NCBI GenBank assembly: GCA_016187745.1
Contig: JACPJC010000005.1
Span: forward strand, 96,001-160,000
Reading direction: 5' to 3'
DNA length: 64,000 nt
DNA from: Candidatus Iainarchaeum sp.
Lineage (GTDB): Archaea > Iainarchaeota > Iainarchaeia > Iainarchaeales > JAXPJC01
The notes below the pieces were generated by a model that saw only the letters and a program-made list of their open reading frames with translations, ran no database searches and had not been told where the DNA came from. The position numbers and the translations under genes are program-made. Of the stretch, positions 19,787 through 28,964 are shown one piece after another (position 1 is the first letter of the stretch; every line of letters starts with the position of its first letter).

Positions 19787-20857
19787 ATGTACCCCCAGGA
19801 GCATACTCCGGAAAAAAGCCAGAGCGTGATGCAGAAGGACTTTTTCAAGGGCATAAAGGAAGCGCAGCTCTATAAAAAACTTGCAAACAAGAAGGTCCAT
19901 TGCCTTGTGTGCAGGCGCTTCTGCGTGATTTCCGACGGGCTAACGGGCGCATGTAGAGTGCGCAAAAACATAAAGGGAAAGCTCTACAGCCTTGTTTATG
20001 GTAGAACGCTTACAATGGCAATTGATCCCATAGAAAAAAAGCCACTGTTCCATTTTATGCCGGGCACTTCCTGCATGAGCATTTCCACCCATGGGTGCAA
20101 TTTCCACTGCACCTTCTGCCAGAACTGGGAAAGCTCGCAGGAATTTACAGAGCACGCAATAACCCAGGTGCCTTACGCTTCCCCCGAACAAATAGTTGAG
20201 CAGACGCTTGAGGCGCATGTCCCCGGAATTTCATACACCTATACCGAGCCAACAATATTCTTTGAATACGCCCTTGACACGATGAAGCTTGCGAAGAAAG
20301 CCGGGCTTTACAATGTGTGGGTTTCAAACGGCTACATGTCAAGGCAAGTGGCAGATGCGATAATCCCCTATCTTGACGCAATAAACATTGATTTGAAGGG
20401 GAACGCGGATTTTTACAAAAAGCTCTGCGTCGGGATAGACATAATGGGGGTGAAGGAGAACATAAAATATTTTGCCAAGAAAAAGGTCCATGTTGAAGTT
20501 ACTAACTTAATTGTTCCGGGCTTCAATGACAAGGACACTGACTTCAAGGAAGTGGCGCAGTTCATAAAAAAAATAAACCCGGGAATGCCGCTGCATTTCT
20601 CAAAATTCTTCCCGAACTACAAGCTCAATTATCTGCCCCAGACCCCGGAAGAGAAAATCCTGCGCGCGAAGGAGATTGCGGAAAAATCCGGATTGAAATA
20701 CGTTTATGCCGGAAACCTCGCCAAAGAGGAAAGCACTTTCTGCGAAAAATGCAAAAACATACTGATAAAGCGCGCTGGCTTTGAGGCAAGCATAATGGGA
20801 ATTGATTCCGAGGGCAAATGCAAGCGCTGCGGGACAAAGGCAAACATCATCCTATAG
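19787..20857 (+). CDS. amrS: AmmeMemoRadiSam-system radical SAM enzyme (PFL-activase-like)
   Basis: DPIEKKPLFHF.PG, GCNFHCTFCQNW, YTYTEPT, LHFS.FFP, YVYAGN. Confidence 0.92.
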   Translation: MYPQEHTPEKSQSVMQKDFFKGIKEAQLYKKLANKKVHCLVCRRFCVISDGLTGACRVRKNIKGKLYSLVYGRTLTMAIDPIEKKPLFHFMPGTSCMSISTHGCNFHCTFCQNWESSQEFTEHAITQVPYASPEQIVEQTLEAHVPGISYTYTEPTIFFEYALDTMKLAKKAGLYNVWVSNGYMSRQVADAIIPYLDAINIDLKGNADFYKKLCVGIDIMGVKENIKYFAKKKVHVEVTNLIVPGFNDKDTDFKEVAQFIKKINPGMPLHFSKFFPNYKLNYLPQTPEEKILRAKEIAEKSGLKYVYAGNLAKEESTFCEKCKNILIKRAGFEASIMGIDSEGKCKRCGTKANIIL

Positions 20858-21130
20858 CCTAAGCGCCTTTTTAATGTCATTCCGCCTGCCTTCGGATATG
20901 CCTGTAAATTCCTCGTCACGTTTCATAAGGATGATTTCTTTTCCTGTTTTATCAGCCACCTTGGCATAAGTTAAGCCCTCGTATTCAAACGTTTTTATAA
21001 TTCTTTCAAAATCCCTGCCAGGAGTATAATTCTTATGCAAAGCAAAAACAGCGCGCTCGCGCGCTTTCTCAACTGATTCAAGACTCTTCCTGACCCCTTG
21101 CCTGTATGTTTTGTATCTCGGCGGCATCAT
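20852..21130 (-). CDS. Orphan small basic protein
   Basis: Fills the gap between genes and overlaps the upstream stop; no recognisable motif. Confidence 0.6.
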   Translation of the reverse strand: MMPPRYKTYRQGVRKSLESVEKARERAVFALHKNYTPGRDFERIIKTFEYEGLTYAKVADKTGKEIILMKRDEEFTGISEGRRNDIKKALRL

Positions 21131-21438
21131 CCGACCCCGAGGAATTTGAGTATAAGGACAGTTGCAATTCCCGCAGGGCCCCCGATTGCAGCTGAAACAA
21201 GCGCGGGCCAGAAAGGCAGCTCAATATTGAAAACAAAATGTATTATCCCCCACACAACAAACCCAAGGACGGAATTTATGACAATCTGCCTCAGCACAAG
21301 GAAAATTATGACAGTTACAACAATAAGCGCAACAGCTGCAATAAGAATCCAGTAATTCCCCGCAAGGCCTTTTGCTGCCTCGGCTGCTCCGCTTGCAGCA
21401 GCGCCGGCAAGGTCATTGGCAATCAATGCAAAGCCCAT
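21127..21438 (-). CDS. BofA-like small membrane protein
   Basis: INSVLG..ALVSAAIGGPAG pattern, three TM helices. Confidence 0.7.
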   Translation of the reverse strand: MGFALIANDLAGAAASGAAEAAKGLAGNYWILIAAVALIVVTVIIFLVLRQIVINSVLGFVVWGIIHFVFNIELPFWPALVSAAIGGPAGIATVLILKFLGVG

Positions 21439-21514
21439 ATCATACCCAATTAATTTAGATTTAAACCAGTATTAAAGCCTAACCCTTTTAATCCCTTCCC
21501 ACAACAGTTCATTA

Positions 21515-22156
21515 ATGGCGCAATTATCCGAACTGCAGAAGCGCATTGGCTCTTCCCTGCAGCGCAGGCCGGGCACAATGGAGGAGATGCAGGCCTCACT
21601 GAAAATCGGAAGCTCGGAGCTGAGCGCGGAACTGAAGCAGATGCTGAAACTGGGGCTTATTGAAAAGCTGCCCGGATTCCCAATAAAATATGCGCTCAGG
21701 AAGGAAATTACAGGCGAGCTGGACAGGCGCAAATCAATTGAAGTTGAAGACCCAAACAAGCTGCGCCTCAAGATAATAATTGAAATCCAGGCGATTGAGG
21801 AAAGCCTAATTAAGAAGCAGATTGACGACATTACCAAAGGCCTTCGCAAGGAGGAAAATTTCACAATCTATGCGCTGGATGCGGCTGAAATAATAAAAGA
21901 GGGCGAGCACTACTCAAGCTATCTGGAACTGAACTTAACGGTAAAGAATTTCAAGGCGCTTGTAAGGCTGATGTTTTTCTACGGGCCCACAAGCGTTGAG
22001 GTAATAAAGCCCAAGGAATACAAATTCAGCGCCGCGGACCTGCAGGATGCGCTTGTTGATTTTGCGCAGATGGTGCACAATTACACTGAATATATAACAA
22101 AGCTCATGAACCGCAAGGAGCTTGATGAGTTCTATGGCAAGGTTTTCGGGCCATAA
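21515..22156 (+). CDS. Conserved archaeal hypothetical protein with N-terminal wHTH-like segment
   Basis: SELSAELKQMLKLGLIEK; YSSYLE..YGPTSVEVIKP. Confidence 0.7.
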   Translation: MAQLSELQKRIGSSLQRRPGTMEEMQASLKIGSSELSAELKQMLKLGLIEKLPGFPIKYALRKEITGELDRRKSIEVEDPNKLRLKIIIEIQAIEESLIKKQIDDITKGLRKEENFTIYALDAAEIIKEGEHYSSYLELNLTVKNFKALVRLMFFYGPTSVEVIKPKEYKFSAADLQDALVDFAQMVHNYTEYITKLMNRKELDEFYGKVFGP

Positions 22157-22170
22157 ATAGCAAAACAAGA

Positions 22171-22255
22171 ATGTGGACCGAGCGCCCTTGCGAGCTGAAC
22201 CCTAGTTTGCCCCCAGGAATGGTTACCTGCAGAACGCCCTAGCATCAGTTCACAT
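22171..22255 (-). ncRNA. Candidate ~85-nt structured non-coding RNA
   Basis: 11-bp terminal stem, internal CUAG/GUUCU/CAGG arm, GCUC-GCAA-GGGC GNRA hairpin; TTAAATA ~25 nt upstream; T-rich tract downstream. Confidence 0.55.
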
Positions 22256-22355
22256 ATATACTCTTCACAAACAACTATTTAAGAGTTTTGCAGTGTCTAA
22301 AGCCCATAACCAAAAGCCTTTTATATTAGTCGTAGATTAGTAGTATACGAGATAT

Positions 22356-22640
22356 ATGAGGACGCTTACAACAGTTGTAAAGGACGAATATGTTGAGCTG
22401 CTGGACAAGGCAATCAGCAATTCAAGGATGTACAGCTCAAGAAGCGAGTTTCTTAAGGATGCAGTAAGGGAAAAGCTTGAAAAGCTGATCAAGTTCAATG
22501 AAGAAACAGCAGACATAAGGGTAGGGGCAAGAAAGTTAGCTGCCCTAGCAAAGGCAAGGGGATGGGACGGCAGCCTGATTACAAGGGAAGAAAAGGAGAA
22601 GGCCCATCAGGAACTGCTAAAAAAGAAAGGCTTTATATAA
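22356..22640 (+). CDS. CopG/RHH DNA-binding protein (putative antitoxin)
   Basis: TLTTVV..LLDKAI..YSSRSEFLKDAVREKL. Confidence 0.85.
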   Translation: MRTLTTVVKDEYVELLDKAISNSRMYSSRSEFLKDAVREKLEKLIKFNEETADIRVGARKLAALAKARGWDGSLITREEKEKAHQELLKKKGFI

Positions 22641-23070
22641 ATTTTATAAATTCATCAGGCTCTCTGATTCTGATAACTGCCATTGCCTTTTCAAAATCCC
22701 TTCTGTTGAACGTAACAATCGCATTGCATTTTAGCCTGAGAGCAATTGCCAAATGTTTTGCATCTGAAGAATGAATGCCAATGGCCATAAACTTCCTGAC
22801 TTCTGGGAAATCCTGATTCGTAAATTCAGCTTGCTCAGTCTTTATATTAATTGATTTAAAATAGCCAAGGGCATCCTCCTTTTTCATATTGAGTTTTTTT
22901 TGAACTTCTGAGAAGAACAAATCAGAAACCACAACAATTGCCCCATATTTTCTGACATAATCAAAGAATGCAGAAGATTCGCTGAATAAGGATCTGAAAT
23001 TACCATTAATCTCTTCCCGCAGCAGAGATATTAGAACATTGGAATCAAGGTAAAACCTTTCGGCAGGCAT
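22633..23070 (-). CDS. PIN-domain protein (VapC-like)
   Basis: FYLDSNV..E..DAKHLAIA..IVTFNRRDF. Confidence 0.9.
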   Translation of the reverse strand: MPAERFYLDSNVLISLLREEINGNFRSLFSESSAFFDYVRKYGAIVVVSDLFFSEVQKKLNMKKEDALGYFKSINIKTEQAEFTNQDFPEVRKFMAIGIHSSDAKHLAIALRLKCNAIVTFNRRDFEKAMAVIRIREPDEFIKFI

Positions 23071-23228
23071 ATTAATTATCAACTACAACACTCTTTTAAT
23101 ATATTCGTTTTTCAACGAAGTAGTAGCCCATTCGCCCATCGCCAAGGGGCACTTCGCCAAAAGCCTTAAAAAATGCCCCAAAAAGCCCCCTCGGGCGCCC
23201 CCGGCTTTAAAAGCCTTTCCCACTGACC

Positions 23229-23354
23229 GAAACCTATTTAAATGAGTCCCAGATTTTATATAAAAGCCGTAATAGATAACTGTCTTCAATTATTTTTTCT
23301 ATTGCATTGTTATTGGCGGTTATCTATTTTTGGCTAGATTTGTGAGGTGAATTA
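23229..23354 (+). promoter_or_regulatory. S-layer gene promoter (TATA-like TTTAAAT at ~23237 and TTTATATA at ~23255), 5'-UTR hairpin at 23271-23328, and GAGGTGA RBS
   Basis: aatagataactgtc pairs with ggcggttatctatt (two G-U pairs); gaggtga lies 4 nt before the ATG. Confidence 0.65.
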
Positions 23355-26252
23355 ATGAAAGGACTAAATGTAAAGAAGCTGGCCGCTGTTGCAGCAGGCG
23401 CTGCATTAGTGGGAAGCGCTTTACTGCCTATCGTAACTGCAGCTGCCTCTGATTTGACGAAGACAGATATCTATTCAGACGGCACACCAGCAGTCAATGT
23501 GGTTGTTGGTGCAAGCGCAGCTGTAAGCGACGTAGTATGGGCAGGAAACATCGCAGCAGCAGTAGCTAGAAACGCGGTAACAACTACCGACACAACAGGA
23601 ACTCCCAGCGCTGGGACATGCTCAGGCACATGGGAAGCTCCATCAGACCTCAAGGCAAAGCTCGTTGTTGGCGGCACAACCACAATAACAGGCGGAGCAA
23701 GAGAGCTGATAACTGCATTAGTGAATAACAAGGTAAACACAGCGGAGTACCAGGAATCAGTAGGAAATGCCTACTTCACAAGCTTCAAGAACGGAAGCTT
23801 AACCGCCAAAAAGGGCACAGACACAAACAGCATAACAGAAACAGAAACTATTGGTGTGAAGATAGATGCAAGCTGGGACACAACACACACAGATGTTAAG
23901 GACCTTGTAGCAGTAATAAACAACGGCGACCTTAACTATGTGGCTGACTTCGGTTCAGGCGTAGTGCCATGCGCATACACTGACACAGGATCAGCGGACT
24001 ATGTGCCAATAAACTTCCTCGGCAAGCCATACGTCATTGACTCAGTAAATTCCGACTGCACACAGGTCGAATTAGTAACAAACACTGCTGAGACAATAAT
24101 GGCTGTCGGCGACACAGTTGATGTAACCGGCAGAACCGCAGGAACCGCATACAAGTTCAAGTTAATGGGCGGTTCAACAAAGAGCGACGGCACATACCAG
24201 GCACAGATTGAATTGCAGGATGCAAACGGGAATAAATTGCAGAGCCAGCAATTCACTGCAAGCACAACCTCGGATGTTACATTCTATGACGGTGTAGGCG
24301 CAAACCTCATCGAAACAAGGGTAACACTGAAGTCAATCGCAAAGCAGTCTGTTGCCAGCAGCGATGTCTGGAGCTTCACCTTATTGGTAGGCTCTGACAG
24401 AATAACCGTCAAAAACGGACAGAGATTCCCATACGATCCAAACAACACTTCAGGAACATATCCCTGGACAGGCACAATAACCTTGGGCAGCTCAAGCACA
24501 ATGGTTGCAAAGCTTATTGTGAAGAACCAGGCAAAAGTCTGGGATGCAACAAACCCGCTCTACTCAAGCACATATTCCTTGAAGAGCACGGGAAACAGCA
24601 AAGCAATAATCCTGGAAGGAAGCGGTTTGGACACTCTTGGAGAAGTAGAATTCAAGGGATACTATGACTCAGGAGTGCAGAAAACAACCATTAAGTTCCA
24701 GCCATCAGGGGCTGATGTGACAGGCCAAGCAACAGCATATGGTAACCTGGACTACTACGATGCATCATCTGTGCATCACATGATACCATACGCAATGAAG
24801 TTGTCTTCAGTCGGCTACGGAAGCGGAACATTCGTTTTCGAAGGCCAGACATACAACTTCAGAGCAGGCATTACACCGGCTCCCGGAACAGCAGAAAGTT
24901 CACTCTCCTCAGGAGATGGAAACTTCTGGTTCAAGACCGGCTCAACTATCGGCTCAGGCACATCACAGAACGGGTCTGACAGCAACTACACACTAGATGG
25001 CAACACAGGAAACAACGAGTGGGGAAATCCAGGGGACATTGATGCGAATGTTGGCATACAGCCAGCAGGCGTTTCTGGCCTGAAATCCCTGTACACAGGA
25101 ACATACAGCCCTGTTCTAACATTGACAGGACGAAACAGCAAGACCTATAACTATGCCTTGAAAGCAACAGCATCAGGATTGTGGCTTGTCTTGACAGGCT
25201 ACTACGACAGCAACAATGCAGCGCCATACACAGGAAAGATAGATGACTTGCAGTGGAATGCAGGAACTATCTGGCTGTTGGGAACAGACTACGACGACAT
25301 AAACGGCATTGCAACAAGGGCATCAGACACAAACCTCTATCAGTCAATAGTGAATTCCACAACCAAATTGCAGAACTCAGACACACTGCAGGGCAGGTCA
25401 CCGGGGTCAGTATTGCCATACTACGCGCCAGACACTGTTGAATTCGGAGCAAATCCGGGTGCAACAACAGGCATCTTCAAGACAGCAGTCTTCAAGATAA
25501 AGCCAATAGCGGTAGGCACGACAATGCCAGACTACAGCTCTGATGCGCAGAGAGGCCCAACAATTTATGTGGACACAGCAGACCACAAGATTGTTGACAC
25601 AGCAAACATCAACAAGACCAACTACACAGGAAAGCTCACAGCAATAGACTACAACTCAGACATTGCGGGCACAAGGGACTACAACATCAATAACCTGAGC
25701 GAATACACAGGCTCTAGCTCAACCTACACACAAGGGTTTGATGCAAACGGCGTATTGTACAAGCTTGCAAGCCGCGAGCTCACAGTGACAATACCGAATG
25801 CAGCTATGAAAGCCTATGTTGTTGTGAAGAGCAACGATGTAAAGTCCTCAGTAACCGGAGAAACCCTTGAAATTGCAAAGGGCGAATCCAAGACAACCAC
25901 AGGCGGAACAAAGATAGATGTAACTGACCTGACCTACACAGCAGGCTCATGCGGCGCCGCAACAGGCGACATCACATGCAGCGCTGTTACAAGCAGCACT
26001 GTAGCAAGCGGCTACGGCAACTTGGTTGTAACAGACTCAAGCGCAGGAACAGGCAGGCACATCATTGTTGGCGGATGGAAAGTCAACAAGCTGGCAAAAG
26101 ACCTGGACTTGGAGGCAGAGCTGACAGCAGCAGGCGACAAGGTTGTTGATGTAACAGCCGATGGCGATGTTGTTGTTGCAGGATACACAGCCTCAGACAC
26201 AGGCAACGCAGCAAAGGAATTGATTGCCGCACTGGACGCAGGTCTTGCGTAA
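23355..26252 (+). CDS. S-layer glycoprotein
   Basis: MKGLNVKKLAAVAAGAALVG signal, VVVGASAAVSDV..A..IA, C-terminal IIVGG.KVN..VAGYTASDT..AA; Thr/Ser/Gly-rich with distinct codon usage. Confidence 0.9.
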   Translation: MKGLNVKKLAAVAAGAALVGSALLPIVTAAASDLTKTDIYSDGTPAVNVVVGASAAVSDVVWAGNIAAAVARNAVTTTDTTGTPSAGTCSGTWEAPSDLKAKLVVGGTTTITGGARELITALVNNKVNTAEYQESVGNAYFTSFKNGSLTAKKGTDTNSITETETIGVKIDASWDTTHTDVKDLVAVINNGDLNYVADFGSGVVPCAYTDTGSADYVPINFLGKPYVIDSVNSDCTQVELVTNTAETIMAVGDTVDVTGRTAGTAYKFKLMGGSTKSDGTYQAQIELQDANGNKLQSQQFTASTTSDVTFYDGVGANLIETRVTLKSIAKQSVASSDVWSFTLLVGSDRITVKNGQRFPYDPNNTSGTYPWTGTITLGSSSTMVAKLIVKNQAKVWDATNPLYSSTYSLKSTGNSKAIILEGSGLDTLGEVEFKGYYDSGVQKTTIKFQPSGADVTGQATAYGNLDYYDASSVHHMIPYAMKLSSVGYGSGTFVFEGQTYNFRAGITPAPGTAESSLSSGDGNFWFKTGSTIGSGTSQNGSDSNYTLDGNTGNNEWGNPGDIDANVGIQPAGVSGLKSLYTGTYSPVLTLTGRNSKTYNYALKATASGLWLVLTGYYDSNNAAPYTGKIDDLQWNAGTIWLLGTDYDDINGIATRASDTNLYQSIVNSTTKLQNSDTLQGRSPGSVLPYYAPDTVEFGANPGATTGIFKTAVFKIKPIAVGTTMPDYSSDAQRGPTIYVDTADHKIVDTANINKTNYTGKLTAIDYNSDIAGTRDYNINNLSEYTGSSSTYTQGFDANGVLYKLASRELTVTIPNAAMKAYVVVKSNDVKSSVTGETLEIAKGESKTTTGGTKIDVTDLTYTAGSCGAATGDITCSAVTSSTVASGYGNLVVTDSSAGTGRHIIVGGWKVNKLAKDLDLEAELTAAGDKVVDVTADGDVVVAGYTASDTGNAAKELIAALDAGLA

Positions 26253-26260
26253 GTAGCACA

Positions 26261-26309
26261 AAAAAACGGGCTTCAAAACCCGTTCTTTTTTTCTTTTTCT
26301 TTTATTTTC
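26261..26309 (+). terminator. Hairpin plus long T-tract terminator after the S-layer gene
   Basis: aacggg-cttcaaaa-cccgtt followed by cttttttt ctttttcttt. Confidence 0.75.
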
Positions 26310-26356
26310 ATTAAACCCAGCCGCAAGGCTTTTTATTGGTTTTGATTGTAATCTGA

Positions 26357-27001
26357 ATGAGAGCCATGGAGCAATCAGAAATTTCAAAGCCGAAAAACAG
26401 GGCATTTCCAATTGCAATAATTGTTGCAATCCTGATAGCGCTGTTTTCAATTGCCATTTTCCTGCTTTTCTATTCCGGCCCCTACAAATACGGCCTTGAG
26501 CAGGAGGGCATTGAATTTTTCTCGAATTCCGCGGAGCCGGCGCAGATGCTGAAATCCCTGGGCTCAAGAAACTCCTTCATAATTTCCCCGGAATTTGAGG
26601 AGAAGGGGAGCGCGCTCCCATTTATGACAAGCGCACTTACAACATTTACAGGAATCCTTGTCGCAAATAAAAAGGAGGCAATTACCCTGCTGAGGATAAT
26701 TGATGCTTCCGGGGAGCTGCGCTACTGCTCAACAAATGATGGCAACAGGAACATTGCAAGGAACATAACTTCCGGGGAATGCGACAGCATGCTTTCAGGA
26801 AATCGCAGCGTAAAAATCCTCATAGAAAGCGCAAACCCCCTGCTCCCAAAACCAAGGGTAATTCTGGATGAGGATAAAATTACAATAGAGCCAAAGGGGC
26901 TTAGCGGCATGCAAAGGCTTTCCCTTCTTGTGCTGAAGGCCATGTATGCGAATTCCGAGGACATAATAAGGCAGATAAATGAGCGCCTCGGAGGGGCTTA
27001 G
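26357..27001 (+). CDS. Hypothetical single-TM membrane-anchored protein
   Basis: N-terminal hydrophobic helix, Cys pair, host-like codon usage. Confidence 0.7.
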   Translation: MRAMEQSEISKPKNRAFPIAIIVAILIALFSIAIFLLFYSGPYKYGLEQEGIEFFSNSAEPAQMLKSLGSRNSFIISPEFEEKGSALPFMTSALTTFTGILVANKKEAITLLRIIDASGELRYCSTNDGNRNIARNITSGECDSMLSGNRSVKILIESANPLLPKPRVILDEDKITIEPKGLSGMQRLSLLVLKAMYANSEDIIRQINERLGGA

Positions 27002-27003
27002 CC

Positions 27004-28008
27004 ATGGTTTCATATCTCAAGCAATCCCTGCTGAGCATTATTGCCATTGCCGCAGTATTCGGATTGGTAGTAGGCCTAACCAACGCAGGGGCTGTTTTGA
27101 GTGTTATTGACCTGAAATTCTTCATATTGGCTTGCATTTTCTACATTATTTCCATAGGAATATGGCTTATTTCGTGGGCCTTCCTCATTAAAAAGCGCTC
27201 AAAGATACCCTACACAAAGCTGCTTGGCGTAGGGATAGCCGCGCTTTACGGCGCCCTAACCCCTGTGCAATTGGGGGCTGAAGCGCTTAGGAGCATAAGG
27301 CTCAAGGACTATTTTGCTGTTTCATATTCTGATTCGGTTTCCGCAAGCATGATTGCAAAGGGCATAAAGTTCTCAATACTTGCGATTGTTTTTGTGGTTG
27401 TGTTTTTCCTCTATCTCCTTAACACAAAGTTGGGGCTTCTCCTTACTGCGGGATTGTTTTCCGGCTTTGTCATTATTGTAATTGCGGCCTGCCTTTTCCT
27501 GATGCCATTGCAGAAAGGAATAGGCATGCGCATATCGAATTTCTTTTCGCGCATTTCAAAAACCTTCAGGCAGTTCGCCGCGCTGGGGAAGTTCTTTGCG
27601 GATTACTGCAATTACCTCCAGAAAATCAGGCCAAAATCATTTGCTGTTGTGTTTGCGCTTTCTTTTTTCTCCCTGTTTTTTGAATTCCTTGCCCTGCAGT
27701 TTTCCTTCATGTCCCTCGGGATTTACCTCCAGCTGCAGGCGGTTATTGTATTGATGATTTTTGTTTCAATCCTGGAAAGGACGCCAATACTTCCAAGGGG
27801 GATAGGCATTGTGGAAATATTCAGCTATGCATACCTCTCAGTGCACAGCCTTGTAAGCCCCTATATTACGCTTACTGCTGCTCAGATAGGCGCCGTTCTT
27901 ATTGTCTATGACATTGCAAGGCTTGTTGTTCCAACAATTGTGGGGATTGCAATGAGCTTCATCCTTTATGCGATGCACAGGAACGGGAAATTACACAAGG
28001 CCAAATAG
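27004..28008 (+). CDS. UPF0104/lysylphosphatidylglycerol synthase TM (flippase-like) protein
   Basis: LTP.QLGAEALR, TPILPRGIGIVE, multi-TM. Confidence 0.82.
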   Translation: MVSYLKQSLLSIIAIAAVFGLVVGLTNAGAVLSVIDLKFFILACIFYIISIGIWLISWAFLIKKRSKIPYTKLLGVGIAALYGALTPVQLGAEALRSIRLKDYFAVSYSDSVSASMIAKGIKFSILAIVFVVVFFLYLLNTKLGLLLTAGLFSGFVIIVIAACLFLMPLQKGIGMRISNFFSRISKTFRQFAALGKFFADYCNYLQKIRPKSFAVVFALSFFSLFFEFLALQFSFMSLGIYLQLQAVIVLMIFVSILERTPILPRGIGIVEIFSYAYLSVHSLVSPYITLTAAQIGAVLIVYDIARLVVPTIVGIAMSFILYAMHRNGKLHKAK

Positions 28009-28962
28009 CAGGAGCCAGAATGCCGCATTTAGCGCAACAATTGCCCATATTATTGCAACCAATTCCCATTCGCGCATCGGGCCGAAAATCCTTATCAGCA
28101 TCTTCGCAAAATCATACTGCACTTTCCCTTTCGCATATTCGGGAATTGCGATTTTCCCGTTTTCAAGGACCCTGTAGGGCAATTGCCTCATCTGCCCCGG
28201 ATCGCGCGCTTTCGAGAGAATTAATTTCAGAACAACGAATTCAAACATGTGCGGCAAAAAGAAAAGCAATGAAAATGCCATCAGCCCAATTTTCCCGTTC
28301 AGGATGAAAATTCCCGCAATTGCGCTTCCGATAATAAGCGTTCCTGAATTCCCCTCAAATACCTTCGCAGGGTATTTGTTCCATGCAAGGAAGCCTAGGA
28401 TTGCCGCAATCAGGACCGCATTAAGCCAAACGCCCCCAGGGCCTTCCTTTGCAACCATCAGCGCTGAAGCAGCAACAATTATTGCCGCGCTTCCCCCCTG
28501 CCAGCCGTTCAATCCCGCAAAGGTATTCTGGAATGATGCGATTCCCGCAATGTAAAGCGCAGCAAGCACAATCCACAAAACCCCAAAATTCCAGAAATAA
28601 ATTCCCGAAAACGCCAGGCAGACAACTGCGATTGCAACTGCCCTTTTCCTCCATGAAAGCGCCTTCTTGAGGAACTTGTGCTTCGTGTCATCAATTATGC
28701 CTATTGCGGCGAAAGCGCTCAGCAGCAATCCCCATGCGATGTAATTGAAATTTCCTGAGCCGAAAAACAGGAAAGCGATTGCAAACCATATTGCAGGGAG
28801 CATTGCAATCCCGCCCCCCTCGGAAAGCAATACTCTTCCCTTTTTCGCCCAGTCCAGGCCCACAAGCCCGCGCGCTTTGGCAAATTTGATCCAGAGCGCC
28901 TCGCATATTGCAGTAATTAAAAAAACAGCGATTGCAAGGATAGCAATTTCAAATGCGCCCAT
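27991..28962 (-). CDS. Glycosyltransferase family 4 (MraY/GPT/AglH-like polyprenol-P HexNAc-1-P transferase)
   Basis: EGGGI, IGIIDD, NTFAGLNG, WNKYPAKVFEGNSG. Confidence 0.85.
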   Translation of the reverse strand: MGAFEIAILAIAVFLITAICEALWIKFAKARGLVGLDWAKKGRVLLSEGGGIAMLPAIWFAIAFLFFGSGNFNYIAWGLLLSAFAAIGIIDDTKHKFLKKALSWRKRAVAIAVVCLAFSGIYFWNFGVLWIVLAALYIAGIASFQNTFAGLNGWQGGSAAIIVAASALMVAKEGPGGVWLNAVLIAAILGFLAWNKYPAKVFEGNSGTLIIGSAIAGIFILNGKIGLMAFSLLFFLPHMFEFVVLKLILSKARDPGQMRQLPYRVLENGKIAIPEYAKGKVQYDFAKMLIRIFGPMREWELVAIIWAIVALNAAFWLLLFGLV

Positions 28963-28964
28963 AC

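Noticed and set aside
22171-22255. 5S rRNA, tRNA or hammerhead identity for the structured RNA
   Set aside because: Too short and lacking the 5S loop C CCGAAC; no proper T arm; CUGAUG is not followed by the hammerhead A..GAAA core
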